DNA of 16,660 bases, from NCBI GenBank assembly GCA_041497895.1, contig JBGQHJ010000111.1, forward strand, positions 1 through 16,660. Direction: 5' to 3'. Position 1 is the first letter of the stretch. Each line of letters opens with the position of its first letter. Of the stretch, positions 1 through 7,644 are shown one piece after another. The notes beneath the pieces were generated by a model. That model did no database searches, was not told the DNA's origin, and was given only the letters and a program-made list of their open reading frames with translations. Source of the stretch: Candidatus Methylomirabilia bacterium. Its GTDB lineage: Bacteria > Methylomirabilota > Methylomirabilia > Rokubacteriales > CSP1-6. Both the position numbers and the translations under genes were made by a program.

Positions 1-2
1 CC

Positions 3-848
3 GTGGGCCGCTCGAGCCTCGCGGAGGCCGCCCGCATGTTCCGCAAGAGCGGCAGCGCGGTGTTCGGCCTCGGGCTGGTCGTGGTGCTGGGCATCGCCGC
101 GACGCTCGCCCCGCTGCTCGCGCCCCACGATCCGGACACCATCGATACCGCGCGCCGGCTCGCGCGGCCGCTCACCGCCGGGCACGTACTCGGCACCGAC
201 GAGTTCGGGCGCGACCTGCTGAGCCGGCTACTCTACGGAGCCCGCACCTCGCTGGTGGTGGGCCTGGCCGCCACCGCGCTCGCGGCTGCGGCCGGCTCGG
301 GGTTGGGCTTGCTGGCCGGGTTCGTGGGCCGCTGGGTGGACCAGGTGGTCATGCGCTCGATCGACACCCTGATGGCCTTCCCGTACTTCCTGCTCGCCAT
401 CGCGATCATCGCGACCCTGGGCCCGGGCCTGGTCAACGGCATGGTGGCCGTCGCCATCGTGAACATCCCGTTTTACGGCCGCATCGTGCGGGCCACCGTG
501 CTGGCGGTGAAGCAGACCGAGTACGTGGAGGCCGCGCGGGCTCTGGGCGTCTCCGAGCTGCGCCTGTCGCTCACCCACGTCCTGCGCAACTGCCTGGCGC
601 CGCTGATCGTGGCGGTCACCCTGAACGTGGGCGGGATGATCACCGCGCTGGCCGGGCTCTCGTTCCTGGGCCTGGGCGTGCAGCCGCCCACGTCCGACTG
701 GGGCAGCATGCTCTCCAGCAGCCGACAGTACATGAACGTGGCGCCTCACGTGGCCGCCCTGCCGGGCCTCGCGATCTTCCTCGCGGTGCTCGGCTTCAAC
801 CTCCTGGGCGACGGACTCCGGGATGCGCTCGACCCGCGTCTCCGCTAG
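3..848 (+). CDS. Peptide/nickel ABC transporter permease, DppC/OppC type (5' end may lie outside the window)
   Basis: LGTDEFGRDLLSRLLYGARTSL, EAA motif (YVEAARALG), LSFLGLG..P...WG and C-terminal FNLLGDGLRDALDPR are DppC hallmarks. Confidence 0.95.
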   Translation: MGRSSLAEAARMFRKSGSAVFGLGLVVVLGIAATLAPLLAPHDPDTIDTARRLARPLTAGHVLGTDEFGRDLLSRLLYGARTSLVVGLAATALAAAAGSGLGLLAGFVGRWVDQVVMRSIDTLMAFPYFLLAIAIIATLGPGLVNGMVAVAIVNIPFYGRIVRATVLAVKQTEYVEAARALGVSELRLSLTHVLRNCLAPLIVAVTLNVGGMITALAGLSFLGLGVQPPTSDWGSMLSSSRQYMNVAPHVAALPGLAIFLAVLGFNLLGDGLRDALDPRLR

Positions 849-860
849 AATGCCCGCGCG

Positions 861-1073
861 ATGAGCGAGCCCGAGGCGATCCGCGCGGAGGTGGACACCA
901 TGCTCGCGCTGGTGCGCGAGCGCTACGGCAGCCGGCTGAGCGCGGAAGAGCTCGATGGGATCCGCACCGCCATCGAGGGCATCGTGCAGGCCGCGCACGC
1001 GCTCCGCGCGGTGCGCCTCACCAGTGCCGACGAGCCGGGCCAGTCCTTCGCCGCCTACCGGTCGATTCCGTGA
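861..1073 (+). CDS. 70-aa small helical protein, probable GatC/AtzG-like amidase partner
   Basis: The stop overlaps the amidase start (GTGA 1070-1073). Amphipathic helices end in L..ADEP...F, resembling small amidase subunits. The function is inferred. Confidence 0.7.
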   Translation: MSEPEAIRAEVDTMLALVRERYGSRLSAEELDGIRTAIEGIVQAAHALRAVRLTSADEPGQSFAAYRSIP

Positions 1074-2473
1074 GATCCGAGGACGTCGTCTTCACCCCGG
1101 TGCGACGGCTCGGCGAGCTGGTCCGCGAGCGACGTCTCTCCCCGGTCGCGCTGGCCGAGACCTTCCTCGACCGGCTGGAGCGCCTGGGCCCGCGCTACAA
1201 CGCGGTGGTCACGATCACGCGCGCCCGCGCTCTCGAGCAGGCGCGGCGCGCGGAGGGCGAGATCGCGGCCGGCCGCTACCGCGGACCGCTCCACGGCATC
1301 CCGTACGGCGCCAAGGACCTCCTCGCCACCTCGGGCGGCATCCCGACCACGTGGGGCGCGGCGCCGTTCAAGGACCGGGTGTTCGACTTCGACGCCACCG
1401 CGATCCGGAGGCTCGAGGAGGCGGGCGCGGTGCTCTGCGCCAAGCTCGCGATGGTGGAGCTGGCCGGCGGCATGGGCTACCGCCAGCCGAACGCCGCGTT
1501 CACCGGCCCCGGGGTCAACCCGTGGAGCCGTGACGCCTGGAGCGGCGGCTCGTCGAGCGGCTCGGGCTCGGCGGTCGCGGCGGGGCTGGTGCCGTTCGCG
1601 ATCGGCTCGGAGACGTGGGGCTCCATCCTCTCGCCCGCGGGCAACTGCGGCGTCGCCGGCCTGCGCCCGACCTACGGCCGGGTGAGCCGGCACGGCGCGA
1701 TGGCGCTCTGCTGGACGCTCGACAAGCTGGGACCGCTCGCCCTCACCGCGGACGACTGCGGGCTCGTGCTCGAGGCGATCGCGGGCCGTGATCCGGCGGA
1801 CCCGACCACGGTCGATCGGCCGTTTCACCACGAGCCCGCCGGACCGGCGGGGCGGCGCTTCCGGTTCGGGGTGCTGCGAGGGGTCACCGACGGCTGCGAG
1901 GACGCGGTGCGCGAGAGCTTCGACCGCTCGCTCGGCGTGCTGCGGCAGATCGGCACCGTCGAGGAGGTCGCACTGCCGGATCTGCCCTACGACGACATCA
2001 CCCGGACGATCCTCTTCGCGGAGGCGGCCAGCGCGTTCGAGGACCTGATCGAGAGCGGAGCGATCCGCGGCCTCACCGCCCCCGAGGACCGCTACACCGC
2101 CTACGCGCGCGACGCAATCCTGGCCAAGGACTACCTGAAGGCCCTGCGCCTGCGCGGGGTGATGGCGCGCGAGGTCGATCGCGTGCTCGCCCCGCTCGAC
2201 GCGCTGGTGGCCCCGGGCCGCGCCGCCGAGGCGGCCCCGCTAGACGGCCAGGTACGCAGCGCCATCCGCGGCACCGCCCGCGACGTGATGGGCGCGGTCG
2301 GCAACGGGGCCGGGCTGCCCGCGGTGGCGGTGCCGAACGGGTTCGGTCCGCGCGGGCTGCCGACCAGCCTGCAGTTCATGGGGCGGGCGTGGGAGGAGCA
2401 CACCGTCCTGGCCGCCGCGTGCGCCTACCAGTCGCGGACCGACTGGCACGGGCGCCATCCAGACGTGAGCTAG
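1070..2473 (+). CDS. Amidase-signature family enzyme (GatA/AtzE-like)
   Basis: GPLHGIPYGAKD (catalytic Lys), GGSSSGS, GSETWGSI (Ser nucleophile), GLRPTYGRVSRHG. Confidence 0.95.
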   Translation: MRSEDVVFTPVRRLGELVRERRLSPVALAETFLDRLERLGPRYNAVVTITRARALEQARRAEGEIAAGRYRGPLHGIPYGAKDLLATSGGIPTTWGAAPFKDRVFDFDATAIRRLEEAGAVLCAKLAMVELAGGMGYRQPNAAFTGPGVNPWSRDAWSGGSSSGSGSAVAAGLVPFAIGSETWGSILSPAGNCGVAGLRPTYGRVSRHGAMALCWTLDKLGPLALTADDCGLVLEAIAGRDPADPTTVDRPFHHEPAGPAGRRFRFGVLRGVTDGCEDAVRESFDRSLGVLRQIGTVEEVALPDLPYDDITRTILFAEAASAFEDLIESGAIRGLTAPEDRYTAYARDAILAKDYLKALRLRGVMAREVDRVLAPLDALVAPGRAAEAAPLDGQVRSAIRGTARDVMGAVGNGAGLPAVAVPNGFGPRGLPTSLQFMGRAWEEHTVLAAACAYQSRTDWHGRHPDVS

Positions 2474-2486
2474 CGGCGCCTGGACG

Positions 2487-2519
2487 AAAAAAAGGGGAGG
2501 GCCCGATGGGCCGCTCCCC
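2487..2519 (-). terminator. Intrinsic terminator for the 2543-2965 gene, possibly bidirectional
   Basis: GGGGAG-GGCCC/GAT/GGGCC-G-CTCCCC hairpin next to an A7 run at 2487-2493 (U7 on the minus strand), between convergent genes. Confidence 0.85.
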
Positions 2520-2542
2520 CTGGTCTCTCCGGATCGTGCGGT

Positions 2543-2965
2543 CTACTTGGCCTGGCGGGCGCGCACCTGCCGCTGGTCCTCGTGGAGGTCACGCACGTCC
2601 TCGCGGCGATCCTGCTTGTCCTGGTGAAGATCGCGCACGTCCTGACGGCGGTCCTTCACATCCCCGCGCAGGGCGCCGCGGCTCTTCTGGTAGCTCTCGC
2701 GGGCCGCCTTGATGGCCGCGGGATCGCCCGACTTGTAGGCCTCGCGGAGCTGCTGGCGGGAGGCCTGGACGTCCTTGTAGTCGCCGCGGACCTCCTTCGT
2801 GTCCTTGGCGACCTCCTTGCGGTCGCCTCGGATCTCGCGGGTGTCCTGCCGGATCTCGCGCCGGTCGCTCTTGGTTTCCTGGGCGGGGGCGGGAAGCGCG
2901 GAAAGGCCGGTCACGATGATGGTCGCGCACGCGGCGCCCACGGTCCATCCGATCAATGTCCTCAT
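2543..2965 (-). CDS. Secreted 140-aa coiled-coil protein with D-x-[RK]-[ED]-[ILV]-[RH] heptad repeats
   Basis: ATG 2965 is preceded by a GAGGAG RBS. The signal peptide ends APA|Q. Repeats include DRREIRQ DTREIRG DRKEVAK DTKEVRG and DVRDLHQ/DVRDLHE. Confidence 0.85.
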   Translation of the reverse strand: MRTLIGWTVGAACATIIVTGLSALPAPAQETKSDRREIRQDTREIRGDRKEVAKDTKEVRGDYKDVQASRQQLREAYKSGDPAAIKAARESYQKSRGALRGDVKDRRQDVRDLHQDKQDRREDVRDLHEDQRQVRARQAK

Positions 2966-2974
2966 TGCGATCTC

Positions 2975-3005
2975 CTCTTGGTAAGAGTGCTCTTGGTATG
3001 AGTGC
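2975..3005. repeat. 15-bp tandem duplication in the 5' leader
   Basis: CTCTTGGTAAGAGTG / CTCTTGGTATGAGTG (1 mismatch), next to the RBS. Confidence 0.9.
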
Positions 3006-3026
3006 GGGCCAGCGAGCAGGAGATCA

Positions 3027-3042
3027 TGCAATGGAGTTGCCA
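3027..3042 (-). promoter_or_regulatory. sigma54 (-24/-12) promoter
   Basis: The minus strand reads TGGCAACTCCATTGCA versus consensus TGGCAC-N5-TTGCW, with exact GG-N10-GC spacing. Confidence 0.8.
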
Positions 3043-3048
3043 GGCGCA

Positions 3049-3061
3049 TAACTAGTTGAAT
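3049..3061 (-). promoter_or_regulatory. IHF-like binding site
   Basis: ATTCAACTAGTTA versus WATCAAN4TTR (1 mismatch); an AT-rich patch just upstream of the sigma54 site. Confidence 0.6.
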
Positions 3062-3086
3062 TTACACCACGAGGAGGCTGTCCAGA

Positions 3087-3102
3087 GCGTCAGATCTGAC
3101 GC
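3087..3102. promoter_or_regulatory. Perfect 16-bp palindrome, candidate enhancer-binding-protein UAS
   Basis: GCGTCAGATCTGACGC, about 80 bp upstream of the predicted sigma54 TSS. Confidence 0.55.
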
Positions 3103-3153
3103 CGGATGTCAGCCGTCCGGCCGAATCCGGGATTGGCGGTCGGTGGGCCGGAA

Positions 3154-3993
3154 TCAGGCGGAGCGGCGGGCGTACAGGCGGCGGGCGGCCCGGAGGTGGG
3201 TCATCGCCGCCGGCCGCCGGCCCAGCGCGTCGAACAGCAGGCCCAGGTTGTAGTGCGCGTCGGCGAAGTCGGGATCGGCGGCAAGGGCCCGATGGTATGA
3301 CGCGACCGCTTCGTCGGTCCGGCCGATCTCCTCGAGCAGCCCGCCCAGGTTGAAGTGCGCGATCGCATCGCCCGGCGCGTGCTGGATCGCGGCGCGGTAG
3401 TGGGTCTCGGCCCGCGCGGTCTCGCCGGCGGCGTGGTGGAGGCGTCCCAGGTTGACGTGCGCGTCGGCCAGGCCCGGGTCGAGCGCGAGGGCCTGCGCGT
3501 AGGCGTGGCGCGCCTCGCCGGGTGAGGCCGGCTCGAGCTCGCAGCCGAGATCGAACCATTCCCCCGCGGTTCGGGCCGGCGGCTCGGGTGGGGTCGCGGC
3601 CGCCGGCCGGGCGGGAGCCGCGGTCGTCGGGCCAGCCACTGCGTACGCGTCGAAGCTGAAGAGGAACTGGCCGGAGTCGGGCTGCCAGCGTGCGGTGCCG
3701 TCCCAGGCCACGACCCGGCGGCCGTCCGCGTAGATGCTGACGCTCGAGAGCGCCTGATCGCCGGGCAGCTGGCGCCTCAGCGAGGCCAGCATGCGACGGA
3801 TGCGTCGCGCGGGCACGCGGGCTTCGAGCAGGCCACGCGTGGTCTTGAGCAGGAGTAGATCCTGGAAGGACCACCGCAGCCGACGGTCGGGACCGCGGCG
3901 GGGCGTGAGCAGGGCGGCCCGCGCGCAGAAGCGAACCTTGGAGTCCGGCAGACCGAGGATCTTCGCCACCTCGTGGGTGGAGAAGGCGGTCAT
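3154..3993 (-). CDS. MerR-type HTH + tetratricopeptide-repeat protein (279 aa)
   Basis: ATG 3993 overlaps the Ku stop (ATGA). The N-terminus FSTHEVAKILGLPDSKVRFCARAALLTP..RWSFQDL is MerR-HTH-like. About four C-terminal TPRs (DAHVNLG, IAHFNLG, DAHYNLG; ALALDP). Confidence 0.88.
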   Translation of the reverse strand: MTAFSTHEVAKILGLPDSKVRFCARAALLTPRRGPDRRLRWSFQDLLLLKTTRGLLEARVPARRIRRMLASLRRQLPGDQALSSVSIYADGRRVVAWDGTARWQPDSGQFLFSFDAYAVAGPTTAAPARPAAATPPEPPARTAGEWFDLGCELEPASPGEARHAYAQALALDPGLADAHVNLGRLHHAAGETARAETHYRAAIQHAPGDAIAHFNLGGLLEEIGRTDEAVASYHRALAADPDFADAHYNLGLLFDALGRRPAAMTHLRAARRLYARRSA

Positions 3994-4883
3994 TTCCGGC
4001 CGGCTTGCGCCTTCCTGTCCTTGTCGGACGCGGCGGCGCGCTTGGGCGCCTTGGCCGGCGGCTTCTTGGAGACGGGCGCGCCCGCCCCGGCCGGCCGCTC
4101 GTCGTCGCCGCCACGCTTGGCGAGGCTCTGCTTGAGGGCGTCCATCAGGTCGATCACCTGGGCCCGCTGGGCCTCGGGCGCCGCGGCGGTGATCTCCTTG
4201 CCCTCCACCTTGGAGGTCACCATCTCGAGCACGCGGTTGCGGTAGTCGTCCTGGTACTGCTCGGGCTTGAACTCGTCGTGCGACAGCTCGCCGATCAGCC
4301 GCTCGGCCAGCTCGAGCTCGCCGTCGCGCAGCTTCACCGACTTGCCCTTCTCGATCTCGCCGAAGTCGCGCACCTCGTCGGCGAAGTACATCGTGTGCAG
4401 CATCAGGCCGTCCTGGGCGGGGCGGATGAGGACGAGGCTCTCCTTGCCGCGCATCACGAAGGTGGCGAGCGCGACCCGGTCGCTCTTGGCCATCGCGTCG
4501 GCGAGAAGACGGTACGGCTTCTCGCCTCCCTTGTCGGGGCCGAGGTAGTAGGTCTTCTCGAAGTAGATCGGGTCCACCGAGGGAAGCGGCACGAACTCCG
4601 CGATGTCGATGACCTTCGACGCCTCGCCCTCGAGCGACTTCAGCTCCTCGTCCGTGAAGCGGACGTACTGCTCCTTCTGGAACTCGTAGCCCTTCACGAG
4701 CGCCCCGCGCTCCACGACCTCGTTGCACACCGGGCAGAACGTCTGCTGCTTGATGCGGCTGCCGCACTTGGCGTGCAGCAGATTGAAGCTGACCCCGCCG
4801 CCCGACGCGGCGGTGTAGAGCTTGACCGGGATGGAGACCAGCCCGAAGGAAATCGTGCCGGAGCCGATGGAATGAGGAGCCAT
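3990..4883 (-). CDS. ku: Ku protein (prokaryotic NHEJ)
   Basis: GTISFGLVSIPVKLYTA, LVKGYE, IDIAEFV...VDPIYFEKTYYL, VIDLMDALKQSL and a basic C-terminal tail. Start is ATG 4883. Confidence 0.97.
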   Translation of the reverse strand: MAPHSIGSGTISFGLVSIPVKLYTAASGGGVSFNLLHAKCGSRIKQQTFCPVCNEVVERGALVKGYEFQKEQYVRFTDEELKSLEGEASKVIDIAEFVPLPSVDPIYFEKTYYLGPDKGGEKPYRLLADAMAKSDRVALATFVMRGKESLVLIRPAQDGLMLHTMYFADEVRDFGEIEKGKSVKLRDGELELAERLIGELSHDEFKPEQYQDDYRNRVLEMVTSKVEGKEITAAAPEAQRAQVIDLMDALKQSLAKRGGDDERPAGAGAPVSKKPPAKAPKRAAASDKDRKAQAGRK

Positions 4884-4889
4884 GGCCGT

Positions 4890-4933
4890 GAGACTTTGCA
4901 CAGTACCACCGGGGCGGCTATGCTCCAAGTCTC
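4890..4933. promoter_or_regulatory. Overlapping divergent sigma70-type promoters for ku and ligD, flanked by a 7-bp inverted repeat
   Basis: Plus strand: TTGCAC(4896)-N17-TATGCT(4919). Minus strand: TTGGAG(4928)-N17-TACTGT(4905) with an extended TG. Inverted repeat GAGACTT(4890-4896)/AAGTCTC(4927-4933). Confidence 0.65.
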
Positions 4934-4935
4934 CG

Positions 4936-7644
4936 ATGGCGACCGCACCGGATAGGGGTGAGCCCGCCGCGAAGGGGCGAGGGATTGTGCCGGACTCGCT
5001 CGGCGGCGAGCGCCCGCCGCCGCTCGAGACCTATCGCAAGAAGCGCGATCCGGATCGCACCCCCGAGCCTTTCGGCGGGCGTCTGCCCGCGGGCGGGCGA
5101 CTGTTCGTGGTGCAGAAGCACGCCGCGCGGCGCCTGCACTACGACCTGCGCCTCGAGATGGACGGGGTGCTGAAGAGCTGGGCGGTACCCAAGGGGCCGT
5201 CGGGCCACGCGGAGGAGAAGCGTCTCGCGGTCCACGTCGAGGACCACCCGATCGAGTACGGCGATTTCGAGGGGGTCATCCCGGCCGGCAACTACGGCGC
5301 GGGCTCGGTCATCGTGTGGGACTACGGCTGGTACCGGTCCACCAAGCCGACGGATCCCCTCGACCAGCTCGCGCGCGGCAAGCTCGAGGTGGAGATCTTC
5401 GGCTACAAGATGCGCGGGCGCTGGACCCTCGCGCGGATGTCGGGCAAGGACCGCGACTGGCTGCTCCTGAAGAAGGCCGACGGCGCCGCGCTGCCGTCGA
5501 CGGCCACCGAGCTGATCGAGCGCTATCCACAGTCGGTCGTCTCCGGGCTCACGGTGGAGGAGATGGCCGATCGCCCGGCGCGCCTGGCCGCGGTGCGCGC
5601 CCGCCTCGAGGCGCTGGGGGCACCGCGGGGCGAGGTGGACGCGAGGGCTCAGCCCTTCACGCTGGCCACGCTCGCCGAGCGGCCCTTCTCCGATCCGGCC
5701 TGGCTCTACGAGATCAAGTACGACGGGGTGCGGGTGCTGGCGGACCGTCGGGGCGAGCGGGTGACCCTGTACGGGCGGAGCGGGCAGGACGCCACCTCGC
5801 GCTATCCGGAGGTGGTGCGCGGGCTCCGTGCGCTGCCGATCGATCGCTTCGTGATCGACGGCGAGATCGTGGCGCTGGACGACGCGGGCCGGCCGAGCTT
5901 CCAGCGCCTGCAGCCCCGCATGGCGCTCACCGACCCGCGGGACGTCGAGCTGGCCGCCCGCCGCCAGCCCGCGGTGGGGGTCTTCTTCGACTGCCTCGTG
6001 CTCGACGATCGCGACTTGCGGCGCCGGCCGCTCGTCGAGCGCAAGGAGTGCCTGCGACTCCTGGTACCGCCGCTCGGACCGGTGCGCTACGGCGACCACG
6101 TCGCGGGGGAGGGGCGCGCGTTCTTCGAGGCGGCGTCCGCGCAGCGGCTCGAGGGCATCGTGGCCAAGAAGGCGCGCAGCCTCTATTCGGGTGGGCGCAC
6201 GCGCGACTGGATCAAGATCAAGTGCCAGAAGCGGCAGGAGTTCGTGATCGGCGGCTATACCGATCCGCAGGGGGCGCGCGGACACTTTGGCGCGCTGCAC
6301 CTGGGCCTCTACGACGGGCCCGCGGCGGCGCGGCGCCTCGTCTACGTCTCGAAGGTGGGCACCGGCTTCGACCAGGCCGGCCTCGCCGCGATCTGGGCGC
6401 GGCTCCGCCCTCTCGCCCGCGCGACGCCCCCGTTCGAGGCGGGCGCGGTCCCCGCCGGGCGCGGGCACCACTGGGTGGAGCCGCGCCTGGTCTGCGAGGT
6501 ACGCTTCACCGATTGGACGGAGGACGGCGGTCTCCGCCATCCGACGTTCCTCGGCCTGCGCGACGACCGGAAGCCGGAGGATTGCCGGCGGGAGACGGCG
6601 GAGCCGGTCGATCCCGGCCCGCCGGGCGGGCCCGAGGCGACGCCGACCCCCGCGCCGGTGGCCGCGCCCGACCCGGGGCCGCGCCTCAAGCCCACCAACC
6701 TCCGCAAGGTCTTCTGGCCCGCGGAGGGGTACACGAAGGCGGACCTCATCGAGTACTACGAGCGCATCGCAGCGTGGATGCTGCCCTACCTGCGCGACCG
6801 GCCCCTGGTGCTGACCCGCTTTCCCGACGGTATCGCCGGGAAGTCCTTCTATCAGAAGGACGCCCCCGAGTTCGCCCCGGCGTGGGTACGGACGGAGCGC
6901 ATCTACTCGCGCGACACCGAGCGGGACATCGCCTACCTGGTGGTGGACGACGTGGAGATGCTGCGCTACGTGGCCAACAGCGCGGCGATCCCCATCCACT
7001 GCTGGGCCTCGCGCGTCCCGTCGCTCGAGCGGCCGGACTGGCTCGTGCTGGATCTCGACCCGAAGGGCGCCCCCTTCACCGACGTGGTGCGGGTGGCCCT
7101 CGCGCTCCGCCGCATCCTGGACGACCTCGCCCTGCCGAGCTACGTGAAGACGTCCGGCGCGACCGGGCTGCACATCCTGCTGCCTCTGGGCGCGCGCTAC
7201 ACCTACGAGCAGGCGCGCACCTTCGCGCGCCTGCTTGCGGTCCTGGGCGTCGAGGCCGAGCCCGAGATCTCCACGGTGGCGCGGCCGCTCCGGGATCGCG
7301 GAGGCAAGGTCTACATCGACTTCGGGCAGAACGGGCACGGGCAGACCATCGTGGCCCCGTTCTCGCTGCGGCCGCTGCCGGGCGCGCCCGCCTCGTGCCC
7401 GCTCGAGTGGCGCGAGGTGACCCCGCGCCTGGATCCGGCGCGCTTCAACCTGAAGACGATCGCGGCGCGCTTCGAGAAGATCGCCGACCCACTCGCCCCG
7501 GTGCTCGGCGAGGGCATCGACATGGCCGCCGCGATCGAGCGCATCCAGGCCCGCCCGACCCCGGCGGGAGCAGCGGTCAGCGCGGGAGCAGCGCCTCCAG
7601 CTGGCGGGCGAAGGCGGGGCCGGTCCCGGCCGCCTCGTGCTTGA
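4936..7644 (+). CDS. ligD: DNA ligase D, phosphoesterase-ligase-polymerase order (start ATG 4936 or GTG 4987)
   Basis: PE: FVVQKHAARRLHYDLRLE, EDHP..Y..FEG. LIG: EIKYDG, EGIVAKK, WIKIK. POL: TNLRKVFWP, LDLDP, KTSGATGLH, YIDFGQN. Confidence 0.97.
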   Translation: MATAPDRGEPAAKGRGIVPDSLGGERPPPLETYRKKRDPDRTPEPFGGRLPAGGRLFVVQKHAARRLHYDLRLEMDGVLKSWAVPKGPSGHAEEKRLAVHVEDHPIEYGDFEGVIPAGNYGAGSVIVWDYGWYRSTKPTDPLDQLARGKLEVEIFGYKMRGRWTLARMSGKDRDWLLLKKADGAALPSTATELIERYPQSVVSGLTVEEMADRPARLAAVRARLEALGAPRGEVDARAQPFTLATLAERPFSDPAWLYEIKYDGVRVLADRRGERVTLYGRSGQDATSRYPEVVRGLRALPIDRFVIDGEIVALDDAGRPSFQRLQPRMALTDPRDVELAARRQPAVGVFFDCLVLDDRDLRRRPLVERKECLRLLVPPLGPVRYGDHVAGEGRAFFEAASAQRLEGIVAKKARSLYSGGRTRDWIKIKCQKRQEFVIGGYTDPQGARGHFGALHLGLYDGPAAARRLVYVSKVGTGFDQAGLAAIWARLRPLARATPPFEAGAVPAGRGHHWVEPRLVCEVRFTDWTEDGGLRHPTFLGLRDDRKPEDCRRETAEPVDPGPPGGPEATPTPAPVAAPDPGPRLKPTNLRKVFWPAEGYTKADLIEYYERIAAWMLPYLRDRPLVLTRFPDGIAGKSFYQKDAPEFAPAWVRTERIYSRDTERDIAYLVVDDVEMLRYVANSAAIPIHCWASRVPSLERPDWLVLDLDPKGAPFTDVVRVALALRRILDDLALPSYVKTSGATGLHILLPLGARYTYEQARTFARLLAVLGVEAEPEISTVARPLRDRGGKVYIDFGQNGHGQTIVAPFSLRPLPGAPASCPLEWREVTPRLDPARFNLKTIAARFEKIADPLAPVLGEGIDMAAAIERIQARPTPAGAAVSAGAAPPAGGRRRGRSRPPRA

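Noticed and set aside
1070..2473. Calling the amidase gatA
   Set aside because: There is no gatB, the signature is divergent, and the context is a transporter operon.
2543..2880. Periodic DNA as a possible CRISPR or non-coding array
   Set aside because: The 21-bp periodicity is explained by protein heptad repeats; there is no repeat-spacer structure.
2966..3049. 28-aa N-terminal extension of the repeat protein
   Set aside because: It runs through the promoter and leader; the RBS and signal peptide support ATG 2965.
4882..4935. ligD start at ATG 4882
   Set aside because: It overlaps the ku start codon and lies upstream of the predicted ligD promoter.
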